A DNA stretch of 54,682 nucleotides from Candidatus Omnitrophota bacterium (GCA_030649895.1 JAUSEX010000022.1:1-54682), one strand, 5' to 3'; shown: positions 25,726-36,264, numbered from the stretch's first letter. Notes: generated from the letters alone by a model not told the origin. Numbers and translations: made by a program.

Positions 25726-26787
25726 ATGATAAACTTATGGGCAATGGAGAGAATAGATCGCAAGAGATTTATAAGATTCGGCTTGATTTGTCTGGTAGTT
25801 TTATTTTCCCTATTATTTTTAAGCACCTCCTATATATACGCTGGTAAGGCAGAAGGCGTGTCTGGTAATGCAGAGGCTTACAGGATAAAAGGATACGATG
25901 CGCAACAGCGCGGAGACATAGATACTGCGATTGAGTGGTATCAGAAGGCGGCCAATCTGATGCCGGATTACGCAGCGCCTCACAATGACCTTGGAATTTT
26001 ATTTGAGACAAAGGGATGGTTAGACAGGGCAGAGGCGGAATACGAAAAGGCCATTGCTATAGACCCTAACTATAAAGAGGTTCATACAAATTTGGCGCTT
26101 CTTTATGAAAGAAAAGGCGAATTGGAAAAGGCTGCTTTGCACTGGATGAGAAGGTATAAATTGGGCAGCCCTGAAGATCCGTGGACTCAAGAAGCAAAAA
26201 ATAGATTAGAGAAGCTGGGGCTAATCGATAAGGCTGCGGTAAAAACTTTGCAAAATCCAGAAAAGAAACAGTTGCCAGTTAAAAAGCGCGTTGAAAAAAA
26301 ACAAAAACCAAAACCTGTAGTAAGAAAAGCCTCTGATTGGACCAGGGTAGGGGCTGAAAAAAATAAAAAACCAGCGATAGTTTCCGAAGAAAATAGAGAC
26401 CTTGACAAAGAACTTCAGGAGTCGCTTAGACTGGCTGAAGAAAGGCTTAAGAGAGAAAAAAGCGGTAAAATAAATACCGCCGCATCTTTAAGTAAGCTGC
26501 CCGCGGTAGATACTGTAACCAGCAGCGAAACAAGCACCTCTTATGGAAAGGCAAGGGACTATTACAATAGAGGTGAATATGCGAAGGCGCTGGATACGAT
26601 AAGGATCGCCAAACAGCGTTCTCCGGACAATAACCAGCTTTTAGAACTGGAGGAAACGATAAAGTTTAAGATGAAGGAGGAGAGGATAGACGATCATTAC
26701 AAAGAAGGCATGATACGCTACCGCCAGAAAGAATTTGCAGGCGCAAGAAAAGAAATCGAAGCCATATTGAGCATTTTACCGGAATAG
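25726..26787 (+). CDS. membrane-anchored TPR-repeat protein with lysine-rich linker
   Basis: N-terminal anchor. TPR repeats (AIEWYQKAANLMPDYAAPHNDLGILF..). AAGGAG RBS. Confidence 0.75.
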   Translation: MINLWAMERIDRKRFIRFGLICLVVLFSLLFLSTSYIYAGKAEGVSGNAEAYRIKGYDAQQRGDIDTAIEWYQKAANLMPDYAAPHNDLGILFETKGWLDRAEAEYEKAIAIDPNYKEVHTNLALLYERKGELEKAALHWMRRYKLGSPEDPWTQEAKNRLEKLGLIDKAAVKTLQNPEKKQLPVKKRVEKKQKPKPVVRKASDWTRVGAEKNKKPAIVSEENRDLDKELQESLRLAEERLKREKSGKINTAASLSKLPAVDTVTSSETSTSYGKARDYYNRGEYAKALDTIRIAKQRSPDNNQLLELEETIKFKMKEERIDDHYKEGMIRYRQKEFAGARKEIEAILSILPE

Positions 26788-26849
26788 AACCGCCTGTTTT
26801 ATGCAGAAACATACCCTTCCTATTTTAGGAAATCCCTGATAAATAATGA

Positions 26850-29534
26850 ATGACTAAAAAAGAAAAACTTTTTTTGATTGATGGAAACTCTTATTGCTAT
26901 AGGGCTTTTTATGCCATAAAAGAGCTCAGGAACTCAAAAGGCAAGCCTACGAACGCTGTATACGGGTTCCTTTTGATGCTTAAGAAGCTATTAGAGAAGG
27001 AAAAACCGTCTTACCTGGCTGTTGCATTTGACCTGAAAGGCCCCACCTTCAGGCACGAACAATTTGAGGACTACAAGGTTCATAGAAAACCTATGCCGGA
27101 TGATCTAGTGAGCCAAATGGGGTTGATAAAGGAAACTATATTAGCGTATAACATACCTATTTTTGAAAAGCAGGGTTTCGAGGCAGATGATATCCTGGCC
27201 ACAGTTGCTAAAAAAATATCTCAACAGGCTATAGACGTATATATAGTCACAGGCGATAAGGATATGTTTCAGATAGTCGATAAAAATATAAAGGTTTACA
27301 GCACGCATAAAGATGGCCTTATCTATGACAGCGATACGGTGAAAGAGAGATTTTCCGGTCTTGGGCCTGAAAGCATAACTGATTTTATAGCGCTTGCCGG
27401 GGACGCTACTGATAATATCCCTGGCGTGCGGGGCATAGGAGAAAAAATAGCCATAGAGCTTATTAAGGAATTTGGCAGCCTGGATAGTCTTTATAAAAAT
27501 CTTGATAAGATAAAAAGCGAGTCGAGGAGAAAGATGTTATGTGAACAGGAAGATAACGCGAGGATGTCAAAAGAGTTGGCAACCGTGGATGCAGATGTCT
27601 CCCTGGAAATAGATATTGAAAATATGCGCGTAAAAGAGCCTGATTCAGAAAAACTGCTGGAGATCTTTAAAGAGCTGGAATTTAAAACCTTAGCAAGGGA
27701 GATTACGTCCTTGAATTCAGCTGTTCATAAAGAGGCTCGCTATAAGACAATCTCCGGCCAGGGAGACTTCGAGAATTTTATTAAAGAATTAAGAACAAAA
27801 AAAGAATTTGTCCTGGATATTGAAACCACAAGCGAGCAGCCTATGGAGGCAAAGCTTGTTGGGATATCGTTTTGCTGGAAAGAAGGCGAGGCGTATTATG
27901 TGGCTTTAGGCTCAAGACTGAAGGCTGAAGGCGTAGATTTAGAGAAGGCTATTAAAGAATTAAAGCCTATTTTAGAAGACGAGAAGATAAGGAAGATAGG
28001 GCAGAATATAAAATACGATAAGCTGGTGCTGTCAAACTATGGCGTAGAGGTCAAGGGCATAGCTCACGATACAATGATAGCGTCGTATCTATTGAACCCT
28101 TCCAGGATGAGCCATGGGCTGGATGACATAGCATTTGAATATCTTGACCATAAAATGACGCCTATAAACGAGCTTTTAGGCGCAGGCAAAAAAAAGGTTA
28201 CTATGGATATGGTGGACGTGGAGAAAGTTTCCATGTATTCGTGCGGAGACAGCGATGTCACGATGCGGCTTAAGAACATATTCGAGAAAGAGCTTTTAAA
28301 AAAGGAGCTGGATTCGCTTTTTAATGATATAGAGCTGCCGCTCGTGGATGTCTTAAGCGATATGGAAAAAAACGGGGTAAAGATAGATGTTGATTTTCTA
28401 AAAGAAACATCATGCAAGATGGAAAAAGAGCTTTCTGGGCTAATTCAAGCTATTTACGGGATAGCGGGCGAAGAGTTTAATATTAATTCTCCGAAACAGC
28501 TCAGCAAGATTTTATTTGAAAAACTAGGACTACCTATTGTAAAAAAAACAAAGACAGGGGCATCTACGGATGTGGAGGTTCTCGAAAGGCTTTCCTTTTT
28601 ACATATTCTGCCCAAAGAGCTTTTGAGGTACAGGGAATTATCCAAACTGAAGTCCACTTATGTCGACGCGCTTCCGGAGCTTATTAATAAAAAAACAGGG
28701 AGAGTTCACACCTCTTTCAACCAGGCGGTTACAGCTACCGGAAGACTTTCATCTTCCAATCCGAATATTCAAAATATACCGGTAAAAACAGAAGAAGGCA
28801 GGAGAGTAAGAAAGGCGTTTGTAGGAGAAAAAGACAATTTTATAATGTCAGCTGATTACTCTCAGATAGAACTCAGGATCCTGGCTCACTTATCAAAGGA
28901 TAAGGAGCTAATAGCTGCTTTTGAAAAAGACAGGGACGTGCATAATCACACAGCATCTCTTATCTTTGAGGTGGAAGAAAAAGACGTAACTCCTGAAATG
29001 AGGGCAAACGCCAAGACGGTGAATTTTGGGATTATTTACGGGATTAGCGCTTTTGGGTTAGGCAAGGGCCTTGGCATAGATCCCGGGAGCGCCCAGCAAT
29101 TTATAGATTCGTATTTCGAAAGATATCCGGCTGTAAAGGTTTACATGGAGGATAAAATTGAAGAAGCCAGAAGCGCGGGATACGTGACAACCCTTTTTAA
29201 CAGGCGAAGATATATCCCGGAAATAAAAACAGGCGGGATGAGGGAACAGCAGCAAGCGGAAAGAATCTCTATCAATACGCCTGTCCAGGGATCAGCAGCT
29301 GACCTGATAAAGATAGCAATGATAAATATTCACAGAAAAATGAAAGAAAAAAAAATAAAATCGCTAATGACTTTACAGGTTCACGATGAGCTTGTTTTTG
29401 AAGTGCCTAGGGTTGAATTGGATAAGATGAAAGAGCTGGTAAGAGAAGAAATGGAAGGTGCGGTAAAACTGTTGGTGCCCGTAAAGGTAAGCGTGCGATA
29501 CGGGAAAAATTGGCTGGAGATGAAGGAAGTATAA
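26850..29534 (+). CDS. polA: DNA polymerase I
   Basis: 5' nuclease, 3'-5' exonuclease-like and polymerase domains. Motifs RANAKTVNFGIIYG and QVHDELVFE. Confidence 0.95.
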   Translation: MTKKEKLFLIDGNSYCYRAFYAIKELRNSKGKPTNAVYGFLLMLKKLLEKEKPSYLAVAFDLKGPTFRHEQFEDYKVHRKPMPDDLVSQMGLIKETILAYNIPIFEKQGFEADDILATVAKKISQQAIDVYIVTGDKDMFQIVDKNIKVYSTHKDGLIYDSDTVKERFSGLGPESITDFIALAGDATDNIPGVRGIGEKIAIELIKEFGSLDSLYKNLDKIKSESRRKMLCEQEDNARMSKELATVDADVSLEIDIENMRVKEPDSEKLLEIFKELEFKTLAREITSLNSAVHKEARYKTISGQGDFENFIKELRTKKEFVLDIETTSEQPMEAKLVGISFCWKEGEAYYVALGSRLKAEGVDLEKAIKELKPILEDEKIRKIGQNIKYDKLVLSNYGVEVKGIAHDTMIASYLLNPSRMSHGLDDIAFEYLDHKMTPINELLGAGKKKVTMDMVDVEKVSMYSCGDSDVTMRLKNIFEKELLKKELDSLFNDIELPLVDVLSDMEKNGVKIDVDFLKETSCKMEKELSGLIQAIYGIAGEEFNINSPKQLSKILFEKLGLPIVKKTKTGASTDVEVLERLSFLHILPKELLRYRELSKLKSTYVDALPELINKKTGRVHTSFNQAVTATGRLSSSNPNIQNIPVKTEEGRRVRKAFVGEKDNFIMSADYSQIELRILAHLSKDKELIAAFEKDRDVHNHTASLIFEVEEKDVTPEMRANAKTVNFGIIYGISAFGLGKGLGIDPGSAQQFIDSYFERYPAVKVYMEDKIEEARSAGYVTTLFNRRRYIPEIKTGGMREQQQAERISINTPVQGSAADLIKIAMINIHRKMKEKKIKSLMTLQVHDELVFEVPRVELDKMKELVREEMEGAVKLLVPVKVSVRYGKNWLEMKEV

Positions 29535-29710
29535 TTTTGTCAGGCCTAACAGGCCTACGAAAAGACGTCCGGACGCTCCAGCGAGGCGCCTTGGTGATTT
29601 ACCGTATGCGACGAGGGAATTTCTGCAAATTTGCGAGCTGTAAGCCGTAGCGGACCGCTAAAATTTTTCAGTGCCAAACGGCCTGTCCGACAGAACACCA
29701 TGCCCGCTTT
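29535..29710. repeat. mosaic intergenic region sharing blocks with 7207-7380 and 18105-18274
   Basis: CGAAAAGACG..AGCGA(G/A)GC block (29558-29587 versus 7240-7269, 22 of 30 identical). AGCTGTAAGCC is the reverse complement of GGCTTACAGCT at 18115. Duplicated AGGCCTA. Confidence 0.35.
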
Positions 29711-29774
29711 AATCGATGAGGCTTTTCTTTAGGTCAACTAGGCCTGACAAGATAATTTGACAAAGGTGTTTTAC

Positions 29775-30356
29775 ATGATCATAGGCATAACAGGAAGCTT
29801 TGGAAGCGGAAAGACAACAGTAGCAAAGATGTTTGCTAAGCTTGGAGCTTATACGGTCGATGCGGACAAGATCTATCACTCGCTCATAAAGCCCGGCAAA
29901 AGCTGTTATAAGAAAATAGTCGGGCACTTCGGTAAAGGCATACTGGGAAGGACTGGTCATGTAGACAGGAAAAAACTCGGGAAGATTGTTTTTAAAGACA
30001 AAGCGAAACTTAGAATCTTGAATGAGCTTACCCACCCGGAAATTATAAAAGAGGTAAAAAGGATTATAAGGGTGGGCAAAGGCAAGGCTATAGTAATCGA
30101 GGCGTCCCTATTAATAGAATCTAGTTTTTACAAACAGATGGATAGGATAATATTGGTAGCCAGCGATAAAGAAGGGCAGGTTAAAAGGATAAGGGAAAGC
30201 AGGGGAATATCCGCTAAAGAAGTTTTGAAGAGAATAAGGGCGCAAATGCCTTTTAAGAAAAAACTTGTCTTTGCGGATTTTATCATAGATAATAGCGGCT
30301 CAAAAACAAGTACATTAAACCAGGTCAAGGAGATCTGGAAACAAAAGGGAGTATAA
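29775..30356 (+). CDS. coaE: dephospho-CoA kinase
   Basis: [16 protein letters not shown]-loop. Start moved to ATG 29775. Confidence 0.9.
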   Translation: MIIGITGSFGSGKTTVAKMFAKLGAYTVDADKIYHSLIKPGKSCYKKIVGHFGKGILGRTGHVDRKKLGKIVFKDKAKLRILNELTHPEIIKEVKRIIRVGKGKAIVIEASLLIESSFYKQMDRIILVASDKEGQVKRIRESRGISAKEVLKRIRAQMPFKKKLVFADFIIDNSGSKTSTLNQVKEIWKQKGV

Positions 30357-30357
30357 T

Positions 30358-31623
30358 ATGGACGTAAAAGAAAAGCTGGATATTGAAAAATTGAAATCAA
30401 TGAAAATATCAGAGCTGAATAAGATTGCGCATGAACTGAATGTAAATAGCGTAGGCGGCCTCAAAAAACAAGATCTTATATTCAAGGTGCTTCAGGCTCA
30501 GACAGAAAAAGACGGGCTTATATTCGGAGAAGGCGTGCTGGAGATATTGCCGGACGGGTTTGGGTTTCTTCGTTCTCCGAACTACAACTATCTGCCGTGC
30601 CCGGACGATATCTACATATCGCCTTCGCAAATCAGGAAATTTGAACTAAGAACAGGCGATACGGTAAGCGGCCAGATACGGCCTCCCAAAGAAGGGGAAA
30701 GGTATTTTGCCTTGTTAAAAGTAGAGGCTGTTAACTTTGAAAGCCCCGAGGCGGCAAAAGATAAGGTGCTTTTTGACAACCTGACCCCGATATATCCTAA
30801 CGTAAGATACAAGTTGGAGACAAAGACCGTAGATACGTCGATGCGTATAATAGATTTGCTGGCCCCCGTGGGAAAAGGCCAGAGAGGCATGATAGTCGCG
30901 CCTCCTTATAGCGGCAAAACCATAATAATGCAAAAGATGGCCAATAGCATTGCGACTAATTTTCCGGAAACTATTATTATGGTATTATTGATAGATGAAC
31001 GGCCCGAAGAAGTTACCGATATGCAGAGATCCGTAAAAGGGGAGGTCATTAGCTCCACTTTTGACGAACCAGCTGAAAGACACGTCCAGGTAGCTGAGAT
31101 GGTTCTGGAAAAAGCAAAGAGGCTGGTGGAGCACAAGAAAGACGTTGTTGTTCTTTTGGACAGCATAACAAGGTTAGCCAGGGCATATAACACCGTAGTT
31201 CCTCATTCAGGAAAAATACTTTCAGGAGGCGTGGATTCGAACGCGCTTCATAAACCGAAGAGGTTTTTCGGGGCGGCCAGAAACATAGAAGAAGGCGGGA
31301 GTCTCACCATTATAGCGACAGCGCTCGTGGACACAGGCTCAAGAATGGATGAGGTTATTTTTGAAGAATTTAAAGGCACGGGTAATATGGAATTACAGCT
31401 AGACAGGACGCTTTTCCAGAGAAGGGTTTATCCGGCAATAGATATCAAAAGGTCTAATACCAGAAAGGAAGAGCTGCTGGTAGATCCAAAGGAGCTGCAG
31501 AGGATATGGCTCTTAAGAAAAGTCCTTAACGAGTTGAACAGCGTAGAAGCCATGGAGCTTCTTATAGAGAAGATCTCTAAAACCAAGACAAATGAAGATT
31601 TCTTGGACAGCATGAACAAATAA
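30358..31623 (+). CDS. rho: transcription termination factor Rho
   Basis: GFGFLR RNA-binding motif and [15 protein letters not shown] Walker A. Confidence 0.95.
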   Translation: MDVKEKLDIEKLKSMKISELNKIAHELNVNSVGGLKKQDLIFKVLQAQTEKDGLIFGEGVLEILPDGFGFLRSPNYNYLPCPDDIYISPSQIRKFELRTGDTVSGQIRPPKEGERYFALLKVEAVNFESPEAAKDKVLFDNLTPIYPNVRYKLETKTVDTSMRIIDLLAPVGKGQRGMIVAPPYSGKTIIMQKMANSIATNFPETIIMVLLIDERPEEVTDMQRSVKGEVISSTFDEPAERHVQVAEMVLEKAKRLVEHKKDVVVLLDSITRLARAYNTVVPHSGKILSGGVDSNALHKPKRFFGAARNIEEGGSLTIIATALVDTGSRMDEVIFEEFKGTGNMELQLDRTLFQRRVYPAIDIKRSNTRKEELLVDPKELQRIWLLRKVLNELNSVEAMELLIEKISKTKTNEDFLDSMNK

Positions 31624-31634
31624 AGGGGGATAAA

Positions 31635-31832
31635 ATGAAGGAAAAAATTCATCCGGAATACAAAGAAACAACGATCACGTGCGCATGCGGAGAGGTTATT
31701 CATACGCGCTCCACAAAACAAAACGTGCGTGTGGAAATATGCTCTAAGTGCCACCCGTTCTTTACCGGCAAGCAGAAATTCGTAGATTCCGCAGGCAGGG
31801 TGGAGAAGTTTTTGAAGAAGTATAAGAAATAG
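31635..31832 (+). CDS. rpmE: 50S ribosomal protein L31 (Cys-containing type A)
   Basis: [26 protein letters not shown]. Confidence 0.95.
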   Translation: MKEKIHPEYKETTITCACGEVIHTRSTKQNVRVEICSKCHPFFTGKQKFVDSAGRVEKFLKKYKK

Positions 31833-31842
31833 GTGAAAATAG

Positions 31843-31908
31843 AAAATAGGGACAGCGACCTATTTTCTAGCTACATTAAGTAGAAAAATAGGTCGCTGTC
31901 CCTATTTT
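31843..31908 (+). terminator. very long hairpin after rpmE
   Basis: AAAATAGGGACAGCGACCTATTTTCTA pairs with TAGAAAAATAGGTCGCTGTCCCTATTTT: about 27 bp with a one-base bulge and an 11-nt loop. The A-run and T-run at the ends give it a bidirectional-terminator shape. Confidence 0.6.
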
Positions 31909-31928
31909 AACAATGCCGGAATATCGTT

Positions 31929-32999
31929 ATGTTAGAAAAATTAGATTCTTTGTTGAAGCGGTACGATGAGCTGCATGTGTTGATGGCGGACCCTGGCGTA
32001 GCAGGCAATCCTGACAGCTATCAGAAGCTGGCCAAAGAGATGTCGTCGCTTCAGGACATCGTGAAAAAATACAGGGCGTACCGAAAGGTCTTGGTCGAAC
32101 TGGAAGGCGCAAAACATCTTTTAGAAAAAGAATCTCACGAAGAACTGGTGGAAATGGCGAGAGGAGAAATCGCTGAGCTTGAAAAAAGAGAAGGCATACT
32201 TAAGGCTGAATTAGAGGAGATGATACTCGAAGAAGACCCTGACGCAAATAAAGATGTTATCGTGGAGATCAGGGCAGGGACAGGCGGGGCAGAGGCTTCG
32301 CTGTTCGCAGGCGATCTTTTTAGGATGTATTCCAAGTATGCCGCGAAAAATAACTGGAAAGTGGAGATAATGGACAGTCATGTTGCGGAAGCGGGCGGTT
32401 TTAAAGAAGTCATATTTGCGGTTAAAGGCAAGGGCGTTTATAAAAGATTAAAATATGAAAAAGGCGCTCACAGGGTTCAGCGGGTTCCCGCGACAGAGGC
32501 TTCCGGCAGGATTCATACCTCAGCTGTTACTGTGGCAGTTCTGGCTGAAGCAGAGGATGTGGAGGTTCAGATAACCCCGCAAGACATCAGATTGGATGTT
32601 TTCAGGGCGTCAGGCGCAGGAGGGCAGGGAGTCAATAAGATTGAATCAGCTGTGCGCATTACCCATATACCTTCAGGCATGGTAGTTACCTGTCAGGACG
32701 AAAGGTCGCAGAATAAAAATAAAGAAAAGGCTATGAGAGTATTGAGGGCAAGGCTTTTGGAATATATCAGAAAAAAGCATGACGATAAAATAGCAAAAGA
32801 CAGGCGCGCGCAGGTAGGTTCAGGAGACAGGAGCGAGAAAATCAGGACTTATAATTTTCCAGATCGCCGGGTTACGGATCACAGAATAGGCTTTACAATA
32901 CATGACCTGCCTAATGTAATGGAAGGCGATATGGATAAAATCATAGACGCGTTGATACAGGCAGAGAGGAAGATGAGACTAGGGAAACAAGGTTCATGA
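31929..32999 (+). CDS. prfA: peptide chain release factor 1
   Basis: PAT tripeptide (RVPATE) and GGQ motif (SGAGGQGVNK). Confidence 0.95.
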   Translation: MLEKLDSLLKRYDELHVLMADPGVAGNPDSYQKLAKEMSSLQDIVKKYRAYRKVLVELEGAKHLLEKESHEELVEMARGEIAELEKREGILKAELEEMILEEDPDANKDVIVEIRAGTGGAEASLFAGDLFRMYSKYAAKNNWKVEIMDSHVAEAGGFKEVIFAVKGKGVYKRLKYEKGAHRVQRVPATEASGRIHTSAVTVAVLAEAEDVEVQITPQDIRLDVFRASGAGGQGVNKIESAVRITHIPSGMVVTCQDERSQNKNKEKAMRVLRARLLEYIRKKHDDKIAKDRRAQVGSGDRSEKIRTYNFPDRRVTDHRIGFTIHDLPNVMEGDMDKIIDALIQAERKMRLGKQGS

Positions 33000-33919
33000 T
33001 AACAAAAATAGCCGGTTCAAAAAAAGATATTTTTTACTTGATGAATAAACATTCCAAGGCCATTGCCAAAGTGGAAGCGGAAATGCTATTGGAATATTTA
33101 TTTAACTGCACAAAGCTGGATTTATATATCAGAGATTTTGCCGTAGACGAAACAATAGAAGAATTGTATGATTCCCTGGTCAGCCGCAGGCTGAATAAAG
33201 AGCCTGTGCAGTATATGACAGGATGCGCAGAATTCATGGGGCTGGATTTTATAGTAACAAGGGATGTGTTAATTCCGCGTCCGGAGACGGAGATATTGGT
33301 TAATGAGATTATAAATAGTTCTCAATTCGGCTGCTTTCAGCAGCCTCATTCGAACGCTATAAAATATTCTTCGAGCGAGGCAACGAAGTTTCCGAATCGA
33401 GAAGTTAAGATATTGGATCTTTGTACGGGGTCCGGGAATATAGCTGTAAGTTTGGCCAGATTAATGCCGCAGGCTGAAATAGTTGCAACCGATATATCCG
33501 AAGGCGCCCTGAAGATAGCGAAAAAAAATGCAATCCGGAATCAAGCGGGCGACAGGGTAAAATTTTACAAAGGAAATCTTTTTAATGCTTTAGTGTTTGC
33601 GAAAAATCCGAAATTTGATATAATAGTCTGCAACCCGCCTTATATAAAGGAGGGTGATTTTCCTTTTTTGCAGAAGGAGGTCAGGGAAGAGCCTGAAATA
33701 GCCCTGAACGGCGGGAAAGACGGCCTTGATTTTTACAGGATTATAGCGAAAGATTCGCACAGGTTTCTGGAAAAAGGCGGAAAGATTTTATTGGAAATAG
33801 GCTTCGGCCAAAGAAAGGCTGTAGAAGATATATTTTTATCATATAGCATATTTGATGTATATAAGGTGATTAAGGATTTTTCAGGGACTGAAAGGGCGGT
33901 ATGGATAAATTTATTATAG
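32996..33919 (+). CDS. prmC: release-factor glutamine N5-methyltransferase PrmC/HemK, carrying an in-frame repeat insertion
   Basis: RPETE, DLCTGSG and NPPY motifs. ATGA overlap with prfA. Confidence 0.9.
   Translation: MITKIAGSKKDIFYLMNKHSKAIAKVEAEMLLEYLFNCTKLDLYIRDFAVDETIEELYDSLVSRRLNKEPVQYMTGCAEFMGLDFIVTRDVLIPRPETEILVNEIINSSQFGCFQQPHSNAIKYSSSEATKFPNREVKILDLCTGSGNIAVSLARLMPQAEIVATDISEGALKIAKKNAIRNQAGDRVKFYKGNLFNALVFAKNPKFDIIVCNPPYIKEGDFPFLQKEVREEPEIALNGGKDGLDFYRIIAKDSHRFLEKGGKILLEIGFGQRKAVEDIFLSYSIFDVYKVIKDFSGTERAVWINLL
33317..33406. repeat. nested palindromic repeat, copy E, inside the prmC reading frame
   Basis: AGTTCTCAAT ... CCTCATTCGAACGCTAT ... AATATTCTTCGAGCGAGG ... TCGAGAAGT. Same module order as intergenic copy D. 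Confidence 0.7.
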
Positions 33920-35166
33920 AAGGCGGAGTGAGATTAAAAGGCGCCGTGCAGATAAGCGGCGCAAAAAATGCAGCGCTTCCTATACTCGCAGCTACGCTTC
34001 TTACGGATGAAAAATGCGTTATAAAAAATATCCCGCCCTTGCAGGATGTGTACAATATGCTCAGGATACTCAGGAACATGGGTGTCAGGGCTGACATGGA
34101 GGATGAGGTAGTTATTATTCATCCAAATGGATACAGTAATTATGTTGCTCCTTATAAGCTTGTCAGTAAGATGAGGGCGTCTGTGTGCGTGCTGGGGCCT
34201 GTGCTTGGAAAACTAAAACACGCAGAGGTGTCAATGCCCGGAGGCTGCGTAATAGGCCCGAGGCCGATAGATTTGCACATAAAAGGCCTTAATGCGCTTG
34301 GCGCAAATATAAAAGTGGAACATGGATACCTGATCGCAGACGCGAAAAATCTTACGGGCGGCAGGGTTTATCTGGGTGGAAAGTTCGGATCAAGCGTTCT
34401 AGCTACTGCAAATGTTATGATGGCTGCGACCCTCGCAAAGGGGAAAACAGTTATTGAAAATGCGGCGTGCGAGCCAGAGGTTTGCGACTTGGCTGATTTT
34501 CTTGTTAAAATGGGGGCTAAGATAAAAGGTCAAAGGACTCCAATATTAGAGATAGAAGGCGTGAAGTCTCTTCATGGCGCGGAATATTCAATAATAAACG
34601 ACAGGATAGAGGCCGGTACTTTCATGATAGCCGCCGCGATTACTGGCGGAGACGTGTTGATAAAGGGCGCAAACATAGAACATCTCGGGGCTGTTATAGA
34701 TAAGCTAAAAGACGTAGGCGTGAGAATCACAAATACAAAAGACGGGCTCAGGGTTGTTAAGACAGGCTCCGTAAAACCGGTTGACGTTACCACGCTGCCT
34801 TATCCAGGATTTCCTACGGATATGCAGGCGCAGATGACAGCGCTCATGTGCATAACCAAAGGTATCAGCGTAATAACAGAAAAAATATATCCGGAAAGAT
34901 TTATGCATATAAGCGAACTCGCCAGGATGGGCGCGCATATAATACTGGAAGGCTCTAGCGCAATAGTAAAAGGCGTTTCAAGGCTTAGCGCAGCCCCTGT
35001 AATGGCTTCTGATTTAAGGGCAAGCGCGGGGCTGGTGCTGGCTGGGCTTGTAGCGAAAGGCAAGACAGAGATATCAAGGATATACCACCTTGACAGGGGA
35101 TATCATCACATAGAGGAAAAATTAGAAAAGTTAGGCGTAAGGATAAAAAGAGAGAAAGAAGATTAG
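33901..35166 (+). CDS. murA: UDP-N-acetylglucosamine 1-carboxyvinyltransferase
   Basis: ISGAKNAALP and catalytic-Cys loop PGGCVIGPRPIDLH. Confidence 0.95.
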   Translation: MDKFIIEGGVRLKGAVQISGAKNAALPILAATLLTDEKCVIKNIPPLQDVYNMLRILRNMGVRADMEDEVVIIHPNGYSNYVAPYKLVSKMRASVCVLGPVLGKLKHAEVSMPGGCVIGPRPIDLHIKGLNALGANIKVEHGYLIADAKNLTGGRVYLGGKFGSSVLATANVMMAATLAKGKTVIENAACEPEVCDLADFLVKMGAKIKGQRTPILEIEGVKSLHGAEYSIINDRIEAGTFMIAAAITGGDVLIKGANIEHLGAVIDKLKDVGVRITNTKDGLRVVKTGSVKPVDVTTLPYPGFPTDMQAQMTALMCITKGISVITEKIYPERFMHISELARMGAHIILEGSSAIVKGVSRLSAAPVMASDLRASAGLVLAGLVAKGKTEISRIYHLDRGYHHIEEKLEKLGVRIKREKED

Positions 35167-35181
35167 TCGCATAACAAAAAC

Positions 35182-35255
35182 AATATTCTTCGAGCGAACC
35201 TGCGAAGCAGCTGAGCCGAGAAGTTCTCGACCCGCTTTATTCGCTCGAACAATAG
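35182..35255. repeat. nested palindromic repeat, copy B (permuted module order)
   Basis: AATATTCTTCGAGCGAAC ... GAGCCGAGAAGTTCTCGAC ... ATTCGCTCGAACAATAG. Confidence 0.7.
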
Positions 35256-35276
35256 TTGCTTACATGGAGGTAATTA

Positions 35277-35519
35277 ATGGCTGTTAGGATAAGATTGAAA
35301 AGATTTGGGACAAAGAAAAAACCGCACTGCAGGATCGTTGTCTGCGACATAAGGCGCGCGAGAGACGGAAAGACCTTGGAAGAATTAGGCTATTATGACC
35401 CGTCTAAAAAACCGACCTTTATAAGCATAGACAAGGAAAGGGCGAAATTCTGGCTGTCAAAAGGCGCTACGCCTACAGAAATAATAAAAAGTCTTTTCAA
35501 AAAACAAGGCGTAATTTAG
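35277..35519 (+). CDS. rpsP: 30S ribosomal protein S16
   Basis: MAVRIRLKRFGTKKKPHCRIVV.. Confidence 0.95.
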   Translation: MAVRIRLKRFGTKKKPHCRIVVCDIRRARDGKTLEELGYYDPSKKPTFISIDKERAKFWLSKGATPTEIIKSLFKKQGVI

Positions 35520-35523
35520 TAAC

Positions 35524-35548
35524 CTATCCGGCTCACGGAGCCGGATAG
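35524..35548 (+). other. perfect 11-bp stem-loop between rpsP and trmD
   Basis: CTATCCGGCTC-ACG-GAGCCGGATAG, with no T-run after it. Confidence 0.6.
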
Positions 35549-35572
35549 CGAACCGCATAGGTTAAAGTGGTT

Positions 35573-36262
35573 ATGCTGATAGATGTCCTGACGATATTCC
35601 CAAAGATGTTTGATGCGGTCATGGGAGAGTCTATTATAAAGCGGGCTCAGGAAAAGAAAGTTGTTGAAATAAACATAATAGACCTGAGGTTGTTTTCAAA
35701 AGACAAGCATCGAAAGGTGGACGATAAGCCTTTTGGCGGCGGACCTGGCATGGTAATGAACGCCGAGCCATTTTTCGAAGCGGTTAGTTACATACGAAGA
35801 AAAACAAAGGATCGCCGGCTAAAAACAAGGACAATACTCCTTAGCCCGAAGGGTAAAAAGTTTAGCCAGGCCCTTGCTGTAAAATTATCAAAATACGAAC
35901 ACATGGTGTTATTGTGCGGCCATTACGAAGGTATAGACAATAGGGTGGCTGAGCACCTTGCGGACGATGAAATATCAATAGGGGATTTCATATTGACCGG
36001 CGGGGAATTACCGGCAATGGCGATAATTGACAGCGTTGTAAGGCTCGTGCCCGGAGTGCTCGGAGACGAGAATTCCTGCAAAGATGAATCTTTTTCAGGA
36101 AATCTTTTGGAGTATCCGCATTACACAAGGCCCGCTGATTATAGCGGCATGAAGGTTCCTGACGTGCTTTTATCAGGGAATCACGGGAAAATAGAAGAAT
36201 GGAGAAGAAAGGAAGCGATAAAAGCAACAAAAAAGAAAAGGCCTGATTTGTTGAAACATTAA
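35573..36262 (+). CDS. trmD: tRNA (guanine37-N1)-methyltransferase
   Basis: MLIDVLTIFPKMF.. and LLCGHYEGIDNRV. Start at ATG 35573. Confidence 0.95.
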   Translation: MLIDVLTIFPKMFDAVMGESIIKRAQEKKVVEINIIDLRLFSKDKHRKVDDKPFGGGPGMVMNAEPFFEAVSYIRRKTKDRRLKTRTILLSPKGKKFSQALAVKLSKYEHMVLLCGHYEGIDNRVAEHLADDEISIGDFILTGGELPAMAIIDSVVRLVPGVLGDENSCKDESFSGNLLEYPHYTRPADYSGMKVPDVLLSGNHGKIEEWRRKEAIKATKKKRPDLLKH

Positions 36263-36264
36263 AT

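Noticed and set aside
29709-30035. 108-aa minus-strand ORF overlapping coaE
   Set aside because: It is antisense to the dephospho-CoA kinase P-loop region and begins inside the mosaic spacer. No motif.
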